The notes under the pieces are model-generated. The model did not search any database, had not been told where the DNA came from, and was given only the letters and a program-made list of their open reading frames with translations. A stretch of 64,000 bases of DNA from Candidatus Multivorans sp. (lineage in GTDB: Bacteria > Acidobacteriota > Thermoanaerobaculia > Multivoradales > Multivoraceae). Shown in pieces: positions 57,402-64,000 of the stretch. The translations under genes were made by a program, and so were the position numbers. Every line of letters begins with the position of its first letter. The first letter of the stretch is position 1. The DNA is taken from contig OZ250177.1 of NCBI GenBank assembly GCA_965238135.1, forward strand, positions 4,192,599-4,256,598. Reading direction: 5' to 3'.

Positions 57402-58367
57402 CTAGGCGGCCGGCTCCAGGTCGAAGTGGCCCTGCTGCTGGCGCACGGTGGCCGTAGGCTCCAGCTTTCGGAATTGACCCGGAGTGTTGGCTCGCGTCTC
57501 GCCTGCCGTCGCCACTTGGGAGGCGTCAGGCCCCACGAGGCGCGCCAGTCGCGACCAGCCGGTGGGCGTGCCGAGCAGACGGAGGTACCGGTCGTTGGCC
57601 GGGTTCTGGATGACAGTGCCATTCTCCCAGCGGTTCAGGGTGGCCTCGCCGAGACCGGTTAGCTGGGCGAAAGCGGCGCGGGTGAGACCATGGCCCTCCC
57701 GAATTCTGCGAACTTCGCCGGGAGTGAGCACGCCAAGATGTCGGCAGACGGCGTCGTGCTTGATTCTCTCCGCCTCGTGGTCCAGAAACTGGAAGTCGCA
57801 CGCCGTGCAGCGACGAACCGGGAGTTCGACATGCAACTTGACGCCGGTCTCGCCGGAGCCGTAGTTGAAGGCGTGTTCGTGCCGGTACGTCACGACGGAC
57901 GGTTCATCGCATCGTGGACAGCACGGGTCGTGATCGGCGGCTACGCTCGCTCTGGATTCGGGGGCCATGGTCGTGCCTAGTCCTTCAGTCGTGTTCCGAG
58001 TAATGGAAGCTGCGCCCGATGACCTCCTGGAACCGAGTTCCAGTTTCGCGTAGAGCTTGGGCGCATCTGGCTCCAGGTCGATCTTCAGGACGTAGCCCTT
58101 GACTCCCTTCGGTTGCCGTAGCCGGACGATCTGTATTGGCTCGCCCTGTTCGATCCGGTCCGCAATCAGCGTCCAAGCGGAGTCTTCATCGAAGTGTGTG
58201 TGGAACTCTGCCCCGGGTCTTCTCACATCCTCCGGTCGCCAGTCGATCGGGCGGTCCGGCGTGAAGGAAGTGACCCGAGTTCGGCGTCGGCGAGCCAGCG
58301 TGGCCAGCCGCCGTCTCGTCGCGTCGCTGAGACCGGCAGGTTGCTCCTGGCCATGAGTGGGCGCCAT
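57402..58367 (-). CDS. In-frame fusion of an MqsR-like toxin-like N-terminal region with an MqsA-like antitoxin (YgiT Zn-ribbon + XRE HTH)
   Basis: C-terminal half (from MAPESR, ~57978) has CPRCDE...RRCTACDFQF Zn-ribbon, then TPGEVRRIREGHGLTRAAFAQLTGLGEATLNRWENG HTH, which is MqsA-like. N-terminal half has ...KGYVLKIDLEPDAPKLYAKLEL, resembling the MqsR C-terminus (VYLKITV..LIVSFKE). No stop codon lies between them. A GAAGGA lies 12 nt before the internal ATG. Confidence 0.55.
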   Translation of the reverse strand: MAPTHGQEQPAGLSDATRRRLATLARRRRTRVTSFTPDRPIDWRPEDVRRPGAEFHTHFDEDSAWTLIADRIEQGEPIQIVRLRQPKGVKGYVLKIDLEPDAPKLYAKLELGSRRSSGAASITRNTTEGLGTTMAPESRASVAADHDPCCPRCDEPSVVTYRHEHAFNYGSGETGVKLHVELPVRRCTACDFQFLDHEAERIKHDAVCRHLGVLTPGEVRRIREGHGLTRAAFAQLTGLGEATLNRWENGTVIQNPANDRYLRLLGTPTGWSRLARLVGPDASQVATAGETRANTPGQFRKLEPTATVRQQQGHFDLEPAA

Positions 58368-58686
58368 TCACACCGTCCGCGATCATATGGTTGGGCGAGT
58401 CGCCGCACAAGCGACGTAGTCGATCATGTGGTTGTCCGCCTGGGCGGGCAGGGCACCCGAACATGGCGGCTAGGGACATAGACGCAGAACGACCCCGGTT
58501 TTTCGGCCATGGGGCTGATCTTCAAGACGGTCGTTGCGGCGCAGGCTGCCGGGTGGGGTCCGTCAAAGCGGAACCCGAACCGACGGAGGTGCAGCGGTCG
58601 CCCTCGACAACGACCGAGGCAGCGGCGCCGACGACCGAGTAGCCGGAGGCCGGGTACCCGAACTTGAGTCAGTCTAACGTCACCGT

Positions 58687-59514
58687 TCAGTCTCTACCGA
58701 TTACGACGACTCCCCAAGCAGCATCTGATTCGGTTCCTTTGCCGGGGACCCAGGGACTCTTGGCTCGCGTGTGGACTAAGGCAGTCTGGAGATCCATGCA
58801 GCTTGCCTGATCCAAGTCAGCCGAAAGGGTCCTGCCTCCTTGCCGATATGAGAGGCGGTAAGGGTGGACCTCGATCGGTGGCGGTCTCGGTGATAGAGGG
58901 TTCCGTTCTGATCCAGAATGGATTGGTATTGGTGGAAACCGGCAAACCCGGACCAGCTGCTGGTCTTCTTCGGAATGATAGAGCAAGACCTCGTCGTTCG
59001 AGTCTGGCATGTGCGCTGCGGTCCAGATATAGGTGGACTGAAAGATCTCGGCCATGTCCGTGCTTTCGGCGGGAAGACGACGGTACAGGCCCTCGAATCG
59101 GAATTTACTCTCGGTGGAAGCCGTGACCAATAGCTCGATCTTTGAGCCTACGATATGCGCGCAGCTATAGTGGTCCAGCAGTAGAGGTTGTTGGGAAGAC
59201 TTGGCAGTCAGCAACTTGTCATCGACCCTTATGCCTATCGGCACGTCCCTTTCCATGCCGGAATGGTGAGGTCGCGATTTCCTGCAGATTTTGTAGGCGG
59301 CAGGCGTGTTGGCATGGACTATTAGAGCCGGTTCGGTTGAGGAGACTCGCCATAGACCCCAGAGGCAGACGTCTGCGACATCGGGGATGCATATGGACCT
59401 CTGTACTGAGGAGATTCCGCCTCCACCTCGCGCCGGAGTGTCCGGCGCTTGGCTTGAAAGGGCGTTGGGCAGGAACAGGGCGGCTGCTAGGAGAATCGAA
59501 GAGTAGAGATGCAT
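58687..59514 (-). CDS. Secreted hypothetical protein in a low-GC (~52%) patch
   Basis: Start MHLYSSILLAAALFLPNALSSQAP (signal peptide). Composition is clearly lower-GC than the flanks. No family recognised. Confidence 0.45.
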   Translation of the reverse strand: MHLYSSILLAAALFLPNALSSQAPDTPARGGGGISSVQRSICIPDVADVCLWGLWRVSSTEPALIVHANTPAAYKICRKSRPHHSGMERDVPIGIRVDDKLLTAKSSQQPLLLDHYSCAHIVGSKIELLVTASTESKFRFEGLYRRLPAESTDMAEIFQSTYIWTAAHMPDSNDEVLLYHSEEDQQLVRVCRFPPIPIHSGSERNPLSPRPPPIEVHPYRLSYRQGGRTLSADLDQASCMDLQTALVHTRAKSPWVPGKGTESDAAWGVVVIGRD

Positions 59515-59654
59515 GTTTGGATCCCCCAAAGTGGCGGTGTTGAGGATCGGCCTCCGGTTGCGGAGATTCCGCTCGCCGAGACGGCGAGGATTCGGGAAGA
59601 AGGCTCCCGGTGGAGGTGTTGTTGTTCGCACCATGGGCCTGGTCGCCATTCGTG

Positions 59655-60503
59655 CTACGCGCGGTCCCGCGCCGCCATAAGGGCCCGCTTGCCGTAGACC
59701 TTGCCGACGTGGACGCGGTAGTCGCCGGAGGCGAAGATGTCGCCGATGGGGTCTTCGGTGTCGAGGCCGGAAGCGGCGGCGGCGATGGCGTCGTCGGAGA
59801 GGTCGCTGCCGACGAGGGAGGACACGTCGACCGCGGTCGGCACGGCGCCGACGCCGCCGACGACGAGGCCGGCAGCGGTGCAGCGGCCGCCTTGGACGGT
59901 GACGGAGGCCGCGGCGCCGACGACGGCGTAGCCTGAGGCCGGGTGCTCGAACTTGAGGTAGGCGGCGCCGGCGCCGGCGCCCAGGGCGGGGACGTCGACG
60001 TGGGTCAGGATCTCGTCCTCACCGACATCGGTCATCAGGAGGTCCTGGAAGAAGTCGCCGGCGGCGACGGAGCGGGTGCCGGACGGGGACTGCAGGTGGA
60101 CAGAAGCGCCCAGCAGGACGAGTACCGGCGGCAGGTCGGAACCCGGGTCGGCGTGGGCGATGTTGCCGCCGATCGTGCCGCGGTTGCGGACCTGGGCGTC
60201 GCCGATGTGGCCGGCCGCTTCGGCGAGGACCGGGCAGTGGGCGGCGAGCACGTCGGAGGCCGCGATCTCGGCGTGGGTGGTCAGGGCGCCGACCCGGACG
60301 TTGCCGCCGGCTTCGGCGATCCCCTTCAGCTCGTCGAGGCGGCCGATGTCGATGACCACGGGAGGCTGCGCGAGGCGCAGCTTCATCATCGGGATCAGGC
60401 TGTGGCCGCCGGCCATCAGCTTGGCGTCTTCGTGCTCCTGCAGCAGGCCGAGCGCTTCATCGACCGATCCGGCGCGGCGGTAATCGAATTGGGCTGGGTA
60501 CAT
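59655..60503 (-). CDS. coxM: CO dehydrogenase / xanthine dehydrogenase-family FAD-binding medium subunit
   Basis: 282 aa. ...AGGHSLIPMMKLRL... and GTIGGNIAHADP FAD-binding motifs. Confidence 0.85.
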   Translation of the reverse strand: MYPAQFDYRRAGSVDEALGLLQEHEDAKLMAGGHSLIPMMKLRLAQPPVVIDIGRLDELKGIAEAGGNVRVGALTTHAEIAASDVLAAHCPVLAEAAGHIGDAQVRNRGTIGGNIAHADPGSDLPPVLVLLGASVHLQSPSGTRSVAAGDFFQDLLMTDVGEDEILTHVDVPALGAGAGAAYLKFEHPASGYAVVGAAASVTVQGGRCTAAGLVVGGVGAVPTAVDVSSLVGSDLSDDAIAAAASGLDTEDPIGDIFASGDYRVHVGKVYGKRALMAARDRA

Positions 60504-60566
60504 ATCGGTGCTCCTGATTCGGCAGCTTCGGTTGTTCGGCTGCGGGATTCTAGACGGTTTGAGGAC

Positions 60567-62921
60567 TTATCCGGCGTTCACGGCTCGCCACACCTTCTCG
60601 GGCGTGAGCGGCATGTCGATGTGAGTGACGCCGAACGGCGCCAGCGCGTCGACGACGGCGTTGACCACGGCCGGGGGCGAGGCGATGGCGCCGGCTTCGC
60701 CGACGCCCTTGACCCCCAGCGGATTGTGCGGGCAGGGCGTGGTCGTGCGGTCGAGTTCGAACGGGATCAGATTGTGGATCTTGGGCAGCGCGTAGTCCAT
60801 CAACGAGCCCGTGACGAGTTGTCCGCTCTCGTCGTAGACCGCGTTCTCCCACAGCGCCTGACCGATGCCCTGGGCCAACCCCCCGTGGAGCTGCCCGTCG
60901 ACGATCATCGGGTTGATCACGTTGCCGACGTCGTCGACCGCGGCGTAGCGCAGCAGTTCGATGGCGCCGGTCTCCGTGTCGACAAGGGCGACGCAGATAT
61001 GGGTGCCGAACGGATAGGTGAAGTTGGCGGGGTCGTAGAACGTGGTGGCGGAGAGGCCCGGCTCCAGGTCGTCGGGGTAGTTGTGGGCCAGGTACGCCTG
61101 GAGCGCCACGTCGCCGAGACCGAGCGCGCGGTCCGGCGAGCCGGCGACCCGGAAGCTGCCGTCCTCGTACTCGAGGTCCTCGGCGGATGCCTCGAGCAGG
61201 TGGGCGGCGATCTTCTTGCCCTTCTCGATGATCTTGTCGACGCTCCCCGCGATGGCCGAGCCGCCGACGGCGGCGCTGCGGCTGCCGTAGGTGCCCATGC
61301 CGAACTGGACCAGGTCGGTGTCGCCGTGGATCACCTCGACCGCCTCCGGCGCGACGCCGAGCCGGTCGGCGACGATCTGGGAGAAGGTCGTCTCGTGCCC
61401 CTGGCCGTGGGACGAGGAGCCGGTGTAGACGGTGACGGAACCGGTGGGGTGGACGCGCACGTCGGCGCTTTCCCACAGCCCGGCCTGTGCGCCCAGCGAG
61501 CCGACGACCGCCGACGGGGCCAGACCGCAGGCCTCGATGTAGGACGAAAAACCGATCCCGAGCTGCCGGCGGCCGCCGCCGTTGGCGCGGCGCGACGCCT
61601 GCTCGCGGCGCAGGTCGTCGTAGCCGACCATCTCGAGCGCGCGGTCCATCGCCGGCGCGTAGTTGCCCGAGTCGTACGCGAGCGCGACCTGGGTCTGGTA
61701 CGGGAAGGCGTCCGGCGGGACGAAGTTCCGCTTGCGAACTTCGATCGGTCCGAGTTCGGTCGCGTCGCCCGCGAGATGCATCAGCCGCTCGACGACGAAG
61801 GTGGCCTCGGGCCGTCCGGCGCCGCGGTAGGCGTCGACGGGCGCGGTATGGGTGAAGACGCCGGTCACGTGGCAGTGGATCGCCGGGATGTCGTACTGGC
61901 CGGACATCAGAGTGCCGTAGAGGTAGGTCGGCACGGCCGGCGCGAAGGTCGAGAGGTAGGCGCCCATGGCGGCCTTGGTGTCGACCCGCAGACCGATGAT
62001 GCGGCCGTCGGCGTCAAACGCCATTGCGCAGTGGGTCGAGTGGTCGCGGCCGTGGGCGTCGGTGAGGTTCGTCTCCGTGCGCGTCGCGGCCCACTTGACC
62101 GGGCGGTCGAGCTTCAGCGAGCACAGGCCGATGATCGCCTCGTCGGCGTAGTGGTGGATCTTGCTGCCGAAGCCGCCGCCGACCTCGGGGGCTACGATCC
62201 GCACCTTGTGCTCGGGCATCCCGAGCGACGCCAGCGTCATCAGCAGCCGGTGGACATGCGGATTCTGGGTCGTCATGTGGATCGTCATGTCGCCGGTCGA
62301 CGAGTCGTACGAGGCGAGCACCGCGCGCGCCTCGATGGCGTGCGGGATGAGCCGGTTGTTGCGAAGATCGAGCTCCACCGTGTGGGCGGCCTGCGCGAAC
62401 GCGGCGTCGACAGCGTCTTGGTCGCCGATCTCCCAGTCGAAGGCGACGTTGCCGGGCGCGTCCTCGTGGACCGTGGGCGCGCCGTCCTCGAGCGCGGCGA
62501 CCACGTCGGCGACCGCGTCGAGCGGTTCGTAGTCGACCGCGACCCGCTCGGCGGCGTCGCGGGCGATGTAGCGGTCCTCAGCCACGACCACGGCCACCGC
62601 GTCGCCGACGTGGCGGACGGTGTCGGCGGCGATCATCGGGTGGGCGGGCGTCTTGAGGCCGGGCAGGAGCCAGCCCACGGGGACCACGCCGGGAATGCCG
62701 GCCGCCGCGACATCGCGCGCCGTGAGCACGGCGAGGACGCCGGGATATGCCTCCGCGGCGGAGGTGTCGATGCCGCGGATGCGGGCGTGGGCGTAGGGGC
62801 TGCGCACCATCGCGGCGTGCGTCATGCCTTCGACCTTCAGGTCGTCGGTGTACTTGCCGCGGCCGGTGATGAGGGCCGGGTCCTCCCGGCGCTTGATCGA
62901 GGTGCCGAGTACGCGCGCCAT
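60567..62921 (-). CDS. coxL: Molybdopterin-binding large subunit, form-II CODH-like (AYRGAGR active-site loop)
   Basis: 784 aa XDH-family large subunit. The active-site loop reads [13 protein letters not shown] (form II) rather than the form-I VAYRCSFR. Confidence 0.85.
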   Translation of the reverse strand: MARVLGTSIKRREDPALITGRGKYTDDLKVEGMTHAAMVRSPYAHARIRGIDTSAAEAYPGVLAVLTARDVAAAGIPGVVPVGWLLPGLKTPAHPMIAADTVRHVGDAVAVVVAEDRYIARDAAERVAVDYEPLDAVADVVAALEDGAPTVHEDAPGNVAFDWEIGDQDAVDAAFAQAAHTVELDLRNNRLIPHAIEARAVLASYDSSTGDMTIHMTTQNPHVHRLLMTLASLGMPEHKVRIVAPEVGGGFGSKIHHYADEAIIGLCSLKLDRPVKWAATRTETNLTDAHGRDHSTHCAMAFDADGRIIGLRVDTKAAMGAYLSTFAPAVPTYLYGTLMSGQYDIPAIHCHVTGVFTHTAPVDAYRGAGRPEATFVVERLMHLAGDATELGPIEVRKRNFVPPDAFPYQTQVALAYDSGNYAPAMDRALEMVGYDDLRREQASRRANGGGRRQLGIGFSSYIEACGLAPSAVVGSLGAQAGLWESADVRVHPTGSVTVYTGSSSHGQGHETTFSQIVADRLGVAPEAVEVIHGDTDLVQFGMGTYGSRSAAVGGSAIAGSVDKIIEKGKKIAAHLLEASAEDLEYEDGSFRVAGSPDRALGLGDVALQAYLAHNYPDDLEPGLSATTFYDPANFTYPFGTHICVALVDTETGAIELLRYAAVDDVGNVINPMIVDGQLHGGLAQGIGQALWENAVYDESGQLVTGSLMDYALPKIHNLIPFELDRTTTPCPHNPLGVKGVGEAGAIASPPAVVNAVVDALAPFGVTHIDMPLTPEKVWRAVNAG

Positions 62922-62922
62922 C

Positions 62923-63390
62923 TCAGCTCATCCTCTCGGCGGCGTACTTCACGGCCTCCACGATGTTGTGGTAGCCGGTGCATCGGCAGATGTTGCCCTT
63001 CAGCCCCTCACGGATCTCCTCGTCGCTCGGGCTCGGGTTCTGCGCCAGCAGGTAGTTCGCGGACAGGATCATGCCCGGTGTGCAGTAGCCGCACTGCAGG
63101 CCGTGCTTCTCCCAGAAGGCGTCCTGCAGGGGATGCAGCTCGCCGTTCTGGGCCAGGCCCTCGATTGTCTGGACCGCCGCGCCGTCCGCCTGCACCGCAA
63201 GCACGGTGCAGGACTTGACCGCCTGGCCGTCGATCAGAATCGTGCAGGCGCCGCAGAGACTGGTCTCGCAGCCGATGTTGGCGCCCGTGAGGCCCAGATC
63301 TTCCCGCAGGAAGTGGACCAGCAGGCGCCGCGGCTCGACCTCGGCCTGTACCGCCTTGCCGTTGACTTCGAGTTGTATGGACACGGTCAT
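62923..63390 (-). CDS. coxS: [2Fe-2S] small subunit
   Basis: [10 protein letters not shown] and CGYCTPGMI...CRCTGY cysteine motifs. 155 aa. Confidence 0.9.
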   Translation of the reverse strand: MTVSIQLEVNGKAVQAEVEPRRLLVHFLREDLGLTGANIGCETSLCGACTILIDGQAVKSCTVLAVQADGAAVQTIEGLAQNGELHPLQDAFWEKHGLQCGYCTPGMILSANYLLAQNPSPSDEEIREGLKGNICRCTGYHNIVEAVKYAAERMS

Positions 63391-63497
63391 CTCTGGAGTG
63401 TCTCCTTTCCTGGGCTGCTATGGCGGGGATAGATCACGATCGTCTACCCCGATGGACGACGCGGTGGAGTCGGACGAAGCATTGATCGTGATCCTTC

Positions 63498-64000
63498 CTA
63501 CGAGCAGGTGCGAAGCGAAATGGCGATGGCGGCAAGAACGACCAGGGCGCCGCCGGCAAGGTAGGGCCAGAGTTCCTTGGCCAGACCGGCAGCGAACCGG
63601 CCGGCGAAGGCGGCCTGGGACGGCGCTTCGGCGCCGGCGGTAGCCGCCGCCGCAGCCGCCCGCGCCTCGAGCTGCCTGTCCAGGCCCTGCAGACCCTGAC
63701 GGGTCAACACCTTGGCCGAGCTGTCGAGCAGCCGCTGGCCGACCGCGGCGATGCGGCCGCCGACCCGGGCGTCGATGTCGTAGTGCAGCAGGGTGCCGTT
63801 GTCGTCCGTGTCCTCGAGGCGAATGGCGCCGGTGCCGGTGACGAAGCCCGGCGCCCCCTTGCCGTCCATCTTCAGGTTGTAGCCGTTCGGTGGGTCGAGG
63901 TCGAGAAGTTCGACGCCGCCCTCGAACAGCCCCTGCACGGGGCCGATCTTCATCTTCAGCTTGCCGCGAAACTGGTTGTCGCCGACCGGGGCCATGTCCT
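63498..64000 (-). CDS. coxG: CoxG-like SRPBCC protein (partial, N-terminus beyond window end)
   Basis: ...KMKIGPVQGLFEGGVELLDLDPPNGYNLKMDGKG...GTGAIRLED... matches carbon monoxide dehydrogenase subunit G. Confidence 0.6.
   Translation of the reverse strand, partial: DMAPVGDNQFRGKLKMKIGPVQGLFEGGVELLDLDPPNGYNLKMDGKGAPGFVTGTGAIRLEDTDDNGTLLHYDIDARVGGRIAAVGQRLLDSSAKVLTRQGLQGLDRQLEARAAAAAATAGAEAPSQAAFAGRFAAGLAKELWPYLAGGALVVLAAIAISLRTCS

Noticed and set aside
59943-63218. 1091-aa plus-strand ORF antisense to coxL/coxM and similar giant antisense ORFs (40337-43111, 5030-6724)
   Set aside because: Low-complexity D/G/R/A-rich translations opposite well-supported genes. Artefacts of ~70% GC.

Overview
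High-GC (~70%) bacterial chromosomal segment, actinobacterial-like gene content (DUF222-HNH, IS110, form-II CODH, tricorn). There are three parts.

(1) 1-8.7 kb: a probable diversity-generating retroelement remnant at the window edge (RT C-terminus, AAC-rich FGE-type template-repeat-like segment, GC hairpin), an NYN-domain fragment, a Phd/YefM-VapC toxin-antitoxin pair, a MoxR(CoxD-like) ATPase / Na+:solute symporter / membrane protein operon, and a heterodimeric ABC exporter pair.

(2) ~8.7-40.9 kb: an IS-riddled, partly decayed anti-phage defense island. At the right end there is a DISARM class-1-like core: a SNF2 helicase (DrmD-like) coupled to a ~1.8 kaa PglX/DrmMI-like N6-adenine methyltransferase (frameshifted), followed by a DUF3644-like protein and a hypothetical protein. 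At the left end there is a giant (~2030 aa) DruE/DrmA+DrmB-like DEAH helicase with a DUF1998 Zn-ribbon, carrying extra C-terminal DUF559 endonuclease-like and LexA-type S24 peptidase domains. It is interrupted at codon 136 by an IS110-family element and followed by a DUF4268-like PD-(D/E)xK nuclease. Between the two ends lie a decayed partial duplicate of the giant helicase 5' region, a retropepsin-like protease module, a DUF4143 AAA ATPase, a DUF222-HNH endonuclease, an ISL3 element with an intact target-site duplication, and an IS21 (istAB) element truncating a gene.

(3) 40.9-64 kb: housekeeping genes (GT2 glycosyltransferase, PQQ beta-propeller, tricorn protease, malate synthase A, GlcF-like Fe-S protein, a catalytically dead GAPDH paralog coupled to canonical gap, eda, pyk, acyl-CoA dehydrogenase), a ParA-like ATPase, an in-frame MqsR-MqsA-like fusion, a low-GC secreted-protein gene, and a form-II CODH-like coxG-S-L-M cluster.

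No rRNA, tRNA or CRISPR arrays were recognised. All similarity calls come from reading the translated ORFs and matching remembered family signatures; no database searches were run.
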